Program-made: the position numbers and the translations under genes
Notes under the pieces: model-generated
The model's input: the letters and a program-made list of their open reading frames with translations, nothing else
What the model was told of the DNA's origin: nothing
Databases searched by the model: none
Shown here: piece after piece, positions 23,790 through 33,323 of the stretch
Layout of the letters: each line of letters starts with the position of its first letter
Numbering within the stretch: position 1 is the first letter of the stretch
NCBI GenBank assembly: GCA_015488975.1
Contig: WFMT01000186.1
Span: forward strand, 1-36,703
Length of the DNA stretch: 36,703 nucleotides
Origin: Campylobacteraceae bacterium
Lineage (GTDB): Bacteria > Campylobacterota > Campylobacteria > Campylobacterales > JALSKU01
Direction of reading: 5' to 3'

Positions 23790-26669
23790 TTAGGCTCTAT
23801 TTGCTCTTGTACATTTCTCTACCAAATAAAATATTGAGTTATACTGAATCCCTGAATGTTCACTTAATCCAATTTCGCATGTTATGCTCGTTGAATACCC
23901 TTTTTGTGCCTTATTGCCAAGATTTGGTTTTAGCCATCTTAATGCCGAAGCATTGAGTTTGGGATGCGTAAAACCTCTATCACCGGCAAAGCCACAACAT
24001 GTTACATCTTTTGGAATTATAACATCATCACTGCACATTTTTGCTAATTCCAAAAACTTCTCTTTTAAACCCATTTTTATAGTAGAACAAGTTGAGTGGA
24101 TGGCGATACTCTTAGAAATCTTTTTAAACTTCAATTTTGGAGAAAGAAATTTTAAGGTAAATTCTATAGGCTCATATACTTTTAATTTACTTTTAAACCC
24201 TTGTATCATAGCTTTTACACAAGGAGATGTTTCACAAAGTATAGGAAGTTTCCCTCTTTCGCTTGCATCAAAAAGGGCATTTTCCAAATTTTTCAATTGT
24301 AAATTTGCTTCCTCTTTATAGCCTTTTGAGCTAAAAGGAGTTCCGCAGCAAAGATTTTCTATATTTTTAGGGATAATTATCTCATAACCAGCTCTGTTTA
24401 TCAATGTATTTATCACTTCATAAAGTTCAAGCTTCTCATCACTGTCTTTTTGATTGCCAAAAGTCCTGCATATACAAGATGTAAAATATACTACTTTTTC
24501 ACCGCCTCTGTTTTTTAAAAATTTATTGGCTGAAAAATGTGATCTTTTTGGGATATATGGAGAATATTTTGGAACTTTATCATGTGTTGCTTCCCTTAAA
24601 AAATCCATACTTTTTTGCATAATTCTCTCACCAAATACAAAACTACTCAATGAATTTACATCAAGAGCAAATTTAGCTATATTCAAAGTAGTATTATAAT
24701 GATTTGCTATATTTTTTGCTATATTTTTAGAAAATTTTCCTATATTTTTTTCTCTTAACTCTTTTGTCAAATTTGCAACATCTATCTCAACCGGACAACT
24801 TGTCGAGCAAAGCGAACAAGTAGCACATGTTTGCTCGCCATCATACTTATACAGTTTTTGCAGTATTTCAAGCGTATTGCTGTCTTTACTTTTGTGAGTT
24901 AACCTACTCATCTCTCTGTTAGCAACTATCCTTTGTCTTGGAGTAAGAGTTAAAGCATTTGAAGGACAGACAGGCTCACAAAAACCACACTCTATACACT
25001 TATCAACCAAAGGATTTGTAGGATATAGTGGTTTTAGATTTTTAAGATATATATCTTTATCATTATTTATCAAAACACCCGGATTTAAAAGATTTTTAGA
25101 ATCAAATATATCTTTTATTTTTTTCATAATATCGTATGCTTTTCTACCCCATTCAAGCTCAACAAAAGGAGCCATATTTCTCCCTGTTCCATGTTCTGCT
25201 TTCAAACTTCCTTTATAATCAACCGCTACCATGTCTGTAACTTCTTGCATAAAATTTTTATATCTTAAAACCTCTTGTGGCATAGAAAAATCCTGCGTAA
25301 AAACAAAGTGCAAGTTGCTATCAAGTGCATGTCCAAAAATGATGGCTTCGTCATAATCATACTTTTTAAACAATGCTTGAAGCTTTAAAGTGGCAACATC
25401 AAGTTTTTCCATAGGAAAGGCAATATCTTCTATGACAGCAGTGGTGCCTTGTTTTCTCATAGCTCCGATTTCAGGAAATAACCCTTTTCTTATATTCCAG
25501 TATTTCTGGTAGATTTTTATATCATCACTAAAAATTATAGGTTTGATTGTTGGCAAGCCTTTTAAAATATTGATAATTTTATTCATTTGCAGTTGTAAGT
25601 CTGATTTTTGAGTCGCTCTTGTCTCTACCAACAAAGCAGCCACTTTTTCATCCAAGCTTTTTAAAAATTCCAAACCCTGTTTGTTTTGGACGCTTCTTAA
25701 GGATGCTCTGTCCATAAGTTCAGCCGCAGGAACTTCACTTCGAGGAATTTTTTTGAGTCTTTGTACGGCATTTGCAGCAGTTTTTATATCTTTAAAGAGC
25801 ATTAAAGAGCTAGCCTTAAAAGGAAGATCTTCGACTGTATTATAAGTAACTTCTTCAATAAATCCGAGAGTTCCTTCACTCCCTACCATCAGATGCAAAA
25901 GTATATCAACAGGATCATCAAAATCAATCAATGCATTTATACTGTATCCACAAGTATTTTTTATTTTATATTTTCTTTTGATAAGTTTAACTAGTTTTTT
26001 ATCTCTTAAAATCTCATCTCTTAAGTGAAGCAATTTTTCACAAAATTCATAATGAGTATTTAAAAATTTATTTCTACTTACTTCATCAGATGTATCCAAT
26101 CTTGTCCCGTCTTGCAGTATAATTTTCATATTTTTAAGCGTTTTGTATGAATTTTGATCTACTCCACAACACATACCACTTGCATTATTGGCCACTATTC
26201 CTCCAATCATGCATGATTTTATGGATGCAGGATCAGGTCCTATCTTTTTACAAAATTTACTTAAAGCTATATTTGCACTATCTCCTGTAACAGAAGGTGA
26301 AAGCGTAATAGTTGTAGCCTTCTCACCAACTCTTATATCTTTCCAATCTCTTGAGGTTACAATTAAAACACTATCGCTTATAGCTTGTCCGGAAAGTGAA
26401 GTACCGGCGGCTCTAAAAACAATAGGAATATTTAATACATCTGATATCTTTAATATCTCTTGAACTTCATCTGATTTTTTTACAAATATAACAATTTTAG
26501 GAATCATCCTGTAAAATGATGCATCACTTCCATAAGTCAAAGTATGCAAAGCATCCGTAAATACTCTTTTTTTCGGTAAGATACTTGTAATGACTTCGTA
26601 AAACTCACGATATTTCTCACTTAGATATATCATCTTTAATTCTCCATTTAAACGATAAACTCTTTTCAA
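23790..26669 (-). CDS. Fused FAD-binding (GlcD-like), 4Fe-4S dicluster and CCG-domain (GlcF-like) oxidoreductase, putative D-lactate/2-hydroxyacid dehydrogenase (YdiJ/Cj1585c-like). The start may be the Met at 26633.
   Basis: 959 aa. N-terminal PCMH-type FAD domain (FRAAGTSLSGQA), CIECGFCEPVCPS and CATCSLCSTSCPV clusters, and C-terminal CCG motifs (LCCGTPF, TCCGFAGD). GGAGAA lies 7 nt before the internal ATG at 26633. Confidence 0.75.
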   Translation of the reverse strand: MKRVYRLNGELKMIYLSEKYREFYEVITSILPKKRVFTDALHTLTYGSDASFYRMIPKIVIFVKKSDEVQEILKISDVLNIPIVFRAAGTSLSGQAISDSVLIVTSRDWKDIRVGEKATTITLSPSVTGDSANIALSKFCKKIGPDPASIKSCMIGGIVANNASGMCCGVDQNSYKTLKNMKIILQDGTRLDTSDEVSRNKFLNTHYEFCEKLLHLRDEILRDKKLVKLIKRKYKIKNTCGYSINALIDFDDPVDILLHLMVGSEGTLGFIEEVTYNTVEDLPFKASSLMLFKDIKTAANAVQRLKKIPRSEVPAAELMDRASLRSVQNKQGLEFLKSLDEKVAALLVETRATQKSDLQLQMNKIINILKGLPTIKPIIFSDDIKIYQKYWNIRKGLFPEIGAMRKQGTTAVIEDIAFPMEKLDVATLKLQALFKKYDYDEAIIFGHALDSNLHFVFTQDFSMPQEVLRYKNFMQEVTDMVAVDYKGSLKAEHGTGRNMAPFVELEWGRKAYDIMKKIKDIFDSKNLLNPGVLINNDKDIYLKNLKPLYPTNPLVDKCIECGFCEPVCPSNALTLTPRQRIVANREMSRLTHKSKDSNTLEILQKLYKYDGEQTCATCSLCSTSCPVEIDVANLTKELREKNIGKFSKNIAKNIANHYNTTLNIAKFALDVNSLSSFVFGERIMQKSMDFLREATHDKVPKYSPYIPKRSHFSANKFLKNRGGEKVVYFTSCICRTFGNQKDSDEKLELYEVINTLINRAGYEIIIPKNIENLCCGTPFSSKGYKEEANLQLKNLENALFDASERGKLPILCETSPCVKAMIQGFKSKLKVYEPIEFTLKFLSPKLKFKKISKSIAIHSTCSTIKMGLKEKFLELAKMCSDDVIIPKDVTCCGFAGDRGFTHPKLNASALRWLKPNLGNKAQKGYSTSITCEIGLSEHSGIQYNSIFYLVEKCTRANRA

Positions 26670-26843
26670 ACTTCTTGTATTATTGTACCATTTGTTAAAT
26701 TCTATCTAAAGTTTAGTATTTTTACAGTAAAATACTCTATGCAAAATATAAAAAATAATTTTAAGCTTTATGATAACTTAAAATCATAAAATCACTTTAG
26801 GAAAATGTAATGCTTTTTAATATAAAAGATTTTAAAAGGTTAA

Positions 26844-27860
26844 ATGATGATTGATAAAAAAATGCTTGAAAGCTTGGATACAAAAGAAAAAGAATTCTTT
26901 AAACAAACTTTAGAAGGACTAATAGAGCAAACTTATGCGGTGGAAAAAGAGTACAAAGAGTTAAGTAATTCATATAATAATCTTCAAAATTTCTTAAAAC
27001 AAATAGTAGAATCTTTGCCAAATGCAATATGGGTTATAGAAGATAGCGGTGATATTTTTTTACAAAATTCAGAGGCAAAAAAAAGTAAAGGACTTATAAA
27101 TCATCTTGATATTAATAAAAAAAATTATGAAATAGAGTATAATAATATTTATTATCTTATCAAGATAAATAGTGCCTATGGTAAAAAAATTATTAGTGCT
27201 ACTGATATAACACAGGAAAAAAGAAGTGAAAGATTAGCTTCAATGGGGCAAATAGCTGCCCACCTCTCACATGAGATAAGAAATCCGATTGGCTCAGTAT
27301 CTCTTATCGCATCAACTCTTTATAAAAAAGTAGAAGAAAAGAATAAGCCTTTGGTTTCTGAGATTAGAAAAGCTATTTGGAGGGTTGAGCGAATTATAAA
27401 AGCAACCTTGCTTTTTACCAAGGGAGTAAGTATAAATAAAAGTAAATTTTTTATTGATTCTTTGGTTGACGATTTAAATTTGGCAATATCATACTATAGT
27501 TATTCAAAAAATATAAAAATTGATTTTGATTTTCCCAAAATTGTGATTGAAGCTGACTTTGATCTTTTATCTATAGTTTTACAAAACTTTATTTTCAATG
27601 CTATTGATGCTATTGAGGATGATAAGAGTGAAAATGGCTTTATAACATTAAGTTTTAAACAAGAAAGCACAAAAAATATCTTTGAGATATTGGACTCAGC
27701 ACCACAAATAGAAAATAAAAATATACTTTATGAGCCGTTTAAAACAACAAAAACTAAAGGTCATGGCTTAGGCTTAGCCCTTTCTTTAGAAATTATAAAA
27801 GCACATAATGCAGATATTGTGCTTTTAGATAATAAAAAAGGGTTCAATATTATTTTCTGA
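26844..27860 (+). CDS. Cytoplasmic orphan sensor histidine kinase (possibly the flagellar kinase FlgS).
   Basis: 338 aa with no TM segment. H-box HLSHEIRNPIG, N-box QNFIFNAIDA, G2 box GHGLGLALS. No response regulator gene is adjacent. Size and architecture match epsilonproteobacterial FlgS. Confidence 0.75.
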   Translation: MMIDKKMLESLDTKEKEFFKQTLEGLIEQTYAVEKEYKELSNSYNNLQNFLKQIVESLPNAIWVIEDSGDIFLQNSEAKKSKGLINHLDINKKNYEIEYNNIYYLIKINSAYGKKIISATDITQEKRSERLASMGQIAAHLSHEIRNPIGSVSLIASTLYKKVEEKNKPLVSEIRKAIWRVERIIKATLLFTKGVSINKSKFFIDSLVDDLNLAISYYSYSKNIKIDFDFPKIVIEADFDLLSIVLQNFIFNAIDAIEDDKSENGFITLSFKQESTKNIFEILDSAPQIENKNILYEPFKTTKTKGHGLGLALSLEIIKAHNADIVLLDNKKGFNIIF

Positions 27861-27975
27861 CCTTACGCACCATAATGAGAAAAGTTTTCTATAATTGCAG
27901 GGACTAAAAGTCCCTGCAATCCACTAAAGCTTGCGAAAAGTAAGACTTTTCGAGAAAAAAGTGTATAAAATCAGT
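27857..27975. repeat. Structured ~120-nt repeat family B, copy 2.
   Basis: Aligns with 22410-22532. Perfect hairpins GCAGGGACT-aaa-AGTCCCTGC (27897-27917) and CGAAAAGT-aag-ACTTTTCG (27934-27952). Termini CTGACCTTACGCAC ... GTGTATAAAATCAG are imperfect inverted repeats. Its first bases include the kinase stop codon (27858-27860). Confidence 0.75.
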
Positions 27976-27981
27976 TATGAT

Positions 27982-30900
27982 CTAAGCGACCTCTTCAATT
28001 TCAGTAATTTTTGATAATTCATTTATAATAGATTCATTAACCCTATCACTTAGATTTAGTACTACATCTTGTCTTTTTGAACTAATGACAAGTCTTAACT
28101 CTCTGTTTCCTTGATTGTTTCTTATTATGCTATAAAGTCTATCTAATATATCAAGCTCATGGGAAAGTTTTATTTTTATAAAGATAGGCTCTTTTGGTTT
28201 TTCTACTATTTTTGTATGTATATTCTCTTTTTTTGACTCTTCCAAACTCATAAGTTTCAAAACTCTTATTCTTGTAAATCTTTCATCTTTATTTACTTGA
28301 ACTTTAAAAGCCATAGGATCATTTAAGTCCATATCTTCAATCTTATTTAACATTTTTTCAAATACGGTAATCTCTATATTACCATGAAAATCCATAATAT
28401 TTAAAATGCCGAATTTATTACCTTTTTTACTTATCTTAACAGTAACATCTTCAACTTTTCCTATAAAAAGAGCTTTAGAACCGTCGGCGATAGTATCAAT
28501 CTCACTTGAGAGTACATGAGGGATTTTGCTTATCTCTTCTCTGTAACTATCAAGTGGATGACCGGATATATAAAAGCCCATAGTCTCTTTTTCAAGATCC
28601 AATATATCTCTTGGATTAAACTCTGTAAGATTTTCTATCTCCAATCTTGCAGTTACCATCTCTTTACTGTCTCCAAAAAGAGAATTTTCTGCCATTTTTT
28701 TAGCTCTTGCGCATTCAGCTCCGGCATTTACAATATTTTCGATATTATCAAGCAATGCTCTTCTTGAGTATTGAAAGCTGTCAAAGCTTCCTGATTTTAT
28801 AAGAGATTCTAAAACTTTTTTATTAACTTTACCGGTATCTACTCTTGAGATAAAATCATTCAAGCTTTCAAATTGTTTCTCTTCTCTTGCTTCAATAATA
28901 CTTTTTATGGCAGTCTTACCAACGCCTTTTATAGCACCAAGTCCAAAAAGCACAACCTCTTCACCATCCTCTTTTATAGCTGAAAATTCTACAAAACTCT
29001 TTTTTACATCAGGAGGGGAAAGTTTTATGCCAAGTCTCTTAACTTCATCTACATATTTAACTATCTTATCAGTATTATCTTGTTCACTTGTTAAAAGTGC
29101 CGCCATAAACTCTTGTGGAAAATAAGCCTTTAAATAACTCGTCTGAAATGTTATCATAGCATAAGCAGCTGAGTGGGACTTGTTAAATCCGTATCCTGCA
29201 AATTTAACAATCAAATCAAAAAGTTCTTCCGATTTTTTTCTGTCAAATCCCTTTTTAACCGCGCCATTTGCAAATTCATCTTTTAGTCTATCCATTTCAG
29301 ATTTTATCTTTTTACCCATCGCCCGTCTTACCACATCCGCCCCGCCAAGAGAAAATCCGCCAATAGTTTGAACTATTTGCATAACTTGCTCTTGGTAAAC
29401 TATGACACCATAAGTCGGCTTAAGTATCGGTTCAAGTTCAGGAAATTCATAAAGTATAGGAGCTCTCCCATGCTTTCTTTCAACAAAATCATCAAGCATC
29501 CCACTCTCCATAGGACCTGGTCTGTAAAGAGCTAAAACAGCTATAATGTCTTCAAAAGTAGTAGGCTGGAGTCGCTCGTTCAACTGCTTCATTCCACTTG
29601 ATTCTATCTGAAAAAGACCCAAAGTGTTACCGCTTTGTATAAGTTTATAAACCTCTTCATCATTCATGTCTATTGTAGAAAAATTTATATCCTTGTTATA
29701 TCTTTTTTTTATGAGTTTTAGTGCATTATCAATAACAGTTAAAGTTTTAAGTCCCAAAAAGTCAAATTTTATCAAATCCACATCTTCAAGATATTTCAAT
29801 GAATATTGAGTTATCAAAGTTTCTTCACCTGATGGTTTATATAAAGGAGTTTTGTTCCACAACTCTTCATTGCTAAGGACTACACCAGCTGCATGCATAC
29901 CTGCATTTCTATTTAACCCTTCCAAAGAAAGTGCAAACTTCCAAACTCTTGCTGCTGATGAATCATTTTCCACAAGTTCTTTTAGTTTCGGCTCCTTTTT
30001 GTAAGCTTTTTCCAGTGTTATACCAAGCTCATCAGGAATCAATTTAGCCATTTTATCAGCTTCGCTGTAAGGCATTCCTAGAACTCTTGCTGTATCTCTT
30101 ATAACTCCTTTTGCTAAAAGTTTACCAAATGTTATAACTTGAGCTACATTATACCTGCCATACTTTTCAACAACATAGTTTATGATCTCCCCTCGCCTTG
30201 CCTGACAAAAATCAACATCAATATCAGGCATACTTACTCTTTCAGGATTTAAAAATCTCTCAAAAAGCAGATTGTATTTCATAGGATCTATATCAGTTAT
30301 AAAAAGAGAAAAAGCTACCAAGCTTCCAGCTGCCGAACCTCGCCCAGGACCCACAGGAACTCCTCTTTTTTTTGCTTCTCTTATAAAATCCCAAACTATA
30401 AGCATATATCCTGGAAATTTCATAGAATTTATGATATCAATCTCAACTTTGAGTCTATCTTTGTATCTTTGGTGCTCTTTTTTTGGCACATATTTAAATC
30501 TCTCTTGCAATCCTTGCCAGCACTTATATGTAAAATATTCATCATCACTATGAAAGTCGAGACCCTCTGCTTTTGCATACTCTTGTGTAAATTTAAATTT
30601 AGGGGGAGTAGGATTACCCAAATGAAGCTTTAAATTACATTTTTCTACTATTTCAGCAGTGTTTTCTATGGCTTCAGGTATATCACTAAATAGTTTGCTC
30701 ATCTCTTCGGGAGATTTAAGATAAAACTCATGAACTGAATGCCTAAGCCTTTTAGGATCATCAAACTCTTTATTCATAGCAATACACATAAAAGCCTCAT
30801 GTGCATCAGCCTCTTCTTGCCTTAAATAGTGAGTATCGTTTGTAGCTATTATCTTGATACCGCTCTCAAGTGAAAGTTTTATAACTTGCTCATCTATATA

Positions 30901-31479
30901 TAATTGATCATTTATACCATGTCTCATCAATTCAAGATAAAAATCATCGCCAAATATCTCTTTATATTCAAGTGCCACTTCTTTTGCTTTTTCGTAACCC
31001 TTTGCACCAAATTTCTTATTTTTTTCACTATTTGTATTTAATTGCCAATTTACCTCACCCTGAAGACATGCAGATGAACAAATAAGCCCCTCACTATGCT
31101 CTTTAAGTAATTTTTTATTGATACGAGGATAATAATAAAATCCATTGATATAACTTTGAGAACTTAGATACATAAGGTTTTTATAACCAATTTCATTTTT
31201 AGCAAACAAACAAAGATGAAACCTTTGCCTTGTACTTTTATCGGATATATCTTCACTGTTATGAATATATGCTTCCATTCCAATTATAGGTTTTATGCCT
31301 TCGGCATTCATAGTTTTATAAAAATCAAGTGCACCAAACATGTTGCCGTGATCAGTTATGGCAACACTTTTAACACCTTGTTTTTTCAATGTTTTAGCCA
31401 AAAGCTTTATTTTATTTGCACCATCAAGAAGTGAGTATTCTGTATGTAGATGAAGATGAGTGAATTGAACCTGGCTCAT
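27982..31479 (-). CDS. dnaE: DNA polymerase III alpha subunit.
   Basis: 1165 aa. N-terminal PHP domain (FTHLHLHTEYSLLDGA), polymerase core (GPGRGSAAGSLVAFSLFITDIDP, PDIDVDF), and a C-terminal OB fold. Confidence 0.95.
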   Translation of the reverse strand: MSQVQFTHLHLHTEYSLLDGANKIKLLAKTLKKQGVKSVAITDHGNMFGALDFYKTMNAEGIKPIIGMEAYIHNSEDISDKSTRQRFHLCLFAKNEIGYKNLMYLSSQSYINGFYYYPRINKKLLKEHSEGLICSSACLQGEVNWQLNTNSEKNKKFGAKGYEKAKEVALEYKEIFGDDFYLELMRHGINDQLYIDEQVIKLSLESGIKIIATNDTHYLRQEEADAHEAFMCIAMNKEFDDPKRLRHSVHEFYLKSPEEMSKLFSDIPEAIENTAEIVEKCNLKLHLGNPTPPKFKFTQEYAKAEGLDFHSDDEYFTYKCWQGLQERFKYVPKKEHQRYKDRLKVEIDIINSMKFPGYMLIVWDFIREAKKRGVPVGPGRGSAAGSLVAFSLFITDIDPMKYNLLFERFLNPERVSMPDIDVDFCQARRGEIINYVVEKYGRYNVAQVITFGKLLAKGVIRDTARVLGMPYSEADKMAKLIPDELGITLEKAYKKEPKLKELVENDSSAARVWKFALSLEGLNRNAGMHAAGVVLSNEELWNKTPLYKPSGEETLITQYSLKYLEDVDLIKFDFLGLKTLTVIDNALKLIKKRYNKDINFSTIDMNDEEVYKLIQSGNTLGLFQIESSGMKQLNERLQPTTFEDIIAVLALYRPGPMESGMLDDFVERKHGRAPILYEFPELEPILKPTYGVIVYQEQVMQIVQTIGGFSLGGADVVRRAMGKKIKSEMDRLKDEFANGAVKKGFDRKKSEELFDLIVKFAGYGFNKSHSAAYAMITFQTSYLKAYFPQEFMAALLTSEQDNTDKIVKYVDEVKRLGIKLSPPDVKKSFVEFSAIKEDGEEVVLFGLGAIKGVGKTAIKSIIEAREEKQFESLNDFISRVDTGKVNKKVLESLIKSGSFDSFQYSRRALLDNIENIVNAGAECARAKKMAENSLFGDSKEMVTARLEIENLTEFNPRDILDLEKETMGFYISGHPLDSYREEISKIPHVLSSEIDTIADGSKALFIGKVEDVTVKISKKGNKFGILNIMDFHGNIEITVFEKMLNKIEDMDLNDPMAFKVQVNKDERFTRIRVLKLMSLEESKKENIHTKIVEKPKEPIFIKIKLSHELDILDRLYSIIRNNQGNRELRLVISSKRQDVVLNLSDRVNESIINELSKITEIEEVA

Positions 31480-31533
31480 AGTTTCCCCTGTAATATTTTA
31501 CAATATTATACAAAAATGATATAAAAAAGCCGA

Positions 31534-33201
31534 TTAAGTAAGCATTTTAACTTCTATATTTTCTTCATCAAAATCTTCATAGTCTACTTTTGAATTTTTT
31601 AATGATTTTGTAGTTTTAGCCCCTAATTTTTTTAAATTTTCCACTCGTTTTAAAACATTACCACTACCTTTAGCAAGTTGTGTATTTGCTGTTTCAAAGC
31701 TGTTTTGCAAAGTTTGGATTTGATTTCCTATCTTTCCAAAACTATCACTAAATCCAACCATTTTATCATAAAGTTTACCTGCTTCATCAAATAGCTTTAT
31801 TGCCAAAGAGGTTGACTGTTCGCTTTGCCAATAAAGATATATAGTTCTAAGTGAAATTGTAAGAGTTGATGGCGTAACGATGGCTATATGTTTTCTAAGA
31901 GCATATTCGTACAATCCAGGATCATTTTGAACAGCCGTTGCAAATGCACCCTCAATCGGAACAAACATAAAGATATATTGTAAAGTTCCTATTTTATAAT
32001 GAGCATAATCCTTTGAATTGAGTGTATCTATATGATTTTTAAAAGCTATTGAAATATTTTTTGCATAAAATATTTTTTTCTCATCGCTTTCAGCTTTTAT
32101 GTAATTATCATAATCATTTAAAGAAACTTTAGAATCTATTATAATACTCCTGTTTTGCGGCAATTTAATAATCACATCAGGTCTTTTTAATTCCTTTTTT
32201 TCATCCCTGTAACTCTCTTGCTTATCATAATGAACGCCCTTTAAAAGACCTGAATATTCAAGCACACTATCAAGTATCATTTCACCCCAGCTGCCTTGGG
32301 CTTGTTTTTTCCCTTTTAATGCTTGAGTTAAATTTTGTGCTTCATTTGATATATTTATACCAGCTTTAGTAACCATTTCAATCTCTTTTGAAAGTTCTGC
32401 AAATTTTTTGGTACTATTTTCTTGAGAATCCCTAATTTGTTTTTGAAACGAATCCATATTATTTTTAAACGGTTTTAAAATATTATCAAGCGACTTCATA
32501 GATGTTTCATCAAATTTTTTAATTTTACTATCTATTGTTTGTTGCATAATTTCATTTAGTTTTAATTCTAACTTTTTACTTTGGTTATCAAAATCATCTT
32601 GAAGTTTTTTATTATTTTCTCTCAAAGAAAGTAAATTTGCCTCAAACTTTGATTTTTCCTGTATAAGTATATTTTTTTCTTTTGTTAGCTTATCATTAAT
32701 AACTTTTATTTCATGCATTTCATTTTTTAAATAACTTAATTGTTCGCTTAATTGCTTATTTTTATTATCTGTTTTTTCAACTATTATTTTAAAATCTGAT
32801 ATTTTATCTTTTAAAATATCTATATTATTATTTAATTCATGATTTTCAACTTTTAGTTTTTGCAGAATACTTTCTTTTTCATTTATACTCAACAGGTAGC
32901 TTTGTTTATCTTTTTCATTTTCAGCAATTATAACTTCTTTTTGAGATAATTTATCTTTTAAGCTGTTTAGGGTATCATTTAATAAGTTTTTTTCATGTTT
33001 TAAATTTTCAATATTATCATTTAAGAATGGTATTTGAGCTGCTAACTCTTTTTTTTCATTTAATTCTTTTTCAACTTCATTTAATTTATCACCCAAGTGT
33101 ATTTTAAAAATATTTCGTATCCAAAAACCAAGAGCAACAAAGCAAATGATAACTATAAAGATTATTGCTATAACTTCATAGTCAATATTTATACTATTCA
33201 T
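31534..33201 (-). CDS. rmuC: DNA recombination protein RmuC with a long N-terminal coiled-coil.
   Basis: 555 aa. N-terminal TM helix, about 250 aa of heptad-like K/E/N/L-rich sequence, and a C-terminal RmuC core (GSWGEMILDSVLE...PDVIIKLP...IIIDSKVSL...FMFVPIEGAF). Confidence 0.85.
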   Translation of the reverse strand: MNSINIDYEVIAIIFIVIICFVALGFWIRNIFKIHLGDKLNEVEKELNEKKELAAQIPFLNDNIENLKHEKNLLNDTLNSLKDKLSQKEVIIAENEKDKQSYLLSINEKESILQKLKVENHELNNNIDILKDKISDFKIIVEKTDNKNKQLSEQLSYLKNEMHEIKVINDKLTKEKNILIQEKSKFEANLLSLRENNKKLQDDFDNQSKKLELKLNEIMQQTIDSKIKKFDETSMKSLDNILKPFKNNMDSFQKQIRDSQENSTKKFAELSKEIEMVTKAGINISNEAQNLTQALKGKKQAQGSWGEMILDSVLEYSGLLKGVHYDKQESYRDEKKELKRPDVIIKLPQNRSIIIDSKVSLNDYDNYIKAESDEKKIFYAKNISIAFKNHIDTLNSKDYAHYKIGTLQYIFMFVPIEGAFATAVQNDPGLYEYALRKHIAIVTPSTLTISLRTIYLYWQSEQSTSLAIKLFDEAGKLYDKMVGFSDSFGKIGNQIQTLQNSFETANTQLAKGSGNVLKRVENLKKLGAKTTKSLKNSKVDYEDFDEENIEVKMLT

Positions 33202-33280
33202 CCTAAAATCTCCTTTTCAAAGATATAAATCTTTGAAAATTCCTCTTTGAAGCTTTGTATGTCGGCAAGATGAAATATTC
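33202..33280 (-). repeat. Intergenic repeat family A, copy 4.
   Basis: CTCC(33210-33213)-TTTTCAAAGAT(33214-33224)-ATAA-ATCTTTGAAAA(33229-33239)-TTCCTCT...GTCGGCAAG. Fills the gap upstream of rmuC. The SD lies 8 nt from the ATG at 33201. Confidence 0.8.
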
Positions 33281-33323
33281 AAGATTCTTATTCTATATTT
33301 TGGCTAAAATTAGTGAATATTTA

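Noticed and set aside
26715-26736. 8-bp inverted repeat AGTATTTT-N6-AAAATACT in the dehydrogenase/kinase divergent region, as a possible operator.
   Set aside because: An all-A/T-rich 8-mer palindrome is expected by chance in this composition. There is no second copy or associated regulator gene.
27897-27917. The hairpin GCAGGGACTAAAAGTCCCTGC contains TTTTAGTCCCT/AGGGACTAAAA. From memory, this resembles the core of Campylobacter type II-C CRISPR repeats and the tracrRNA anti-repeat.
   Set aside because: The match is only about 11 nt and is not shared by copy 1 (GCAGGAACTCAAGGTCCCTAC). There is no repeat-spacer array or cas gene in the window, so it is probably coincidence. It would only be worth revisiting if a cas9 locus exists elsewhere in the genome.
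7170-31434. Other short embedded ORFs from the six-frame track (e.g. 7170-7454, 7753-7959, 9006-9251, 9830-10075, 10402-10671, 13527-13709, 18030-18531, 20304-20618, 20829-21557, 21869-22411, 23884-24699, 26188-26463, 28516-31434).
   Set aside because: Each overlaps a confidently assigned gene on the opposite strand or in another frame. None shows independent coding evidence.
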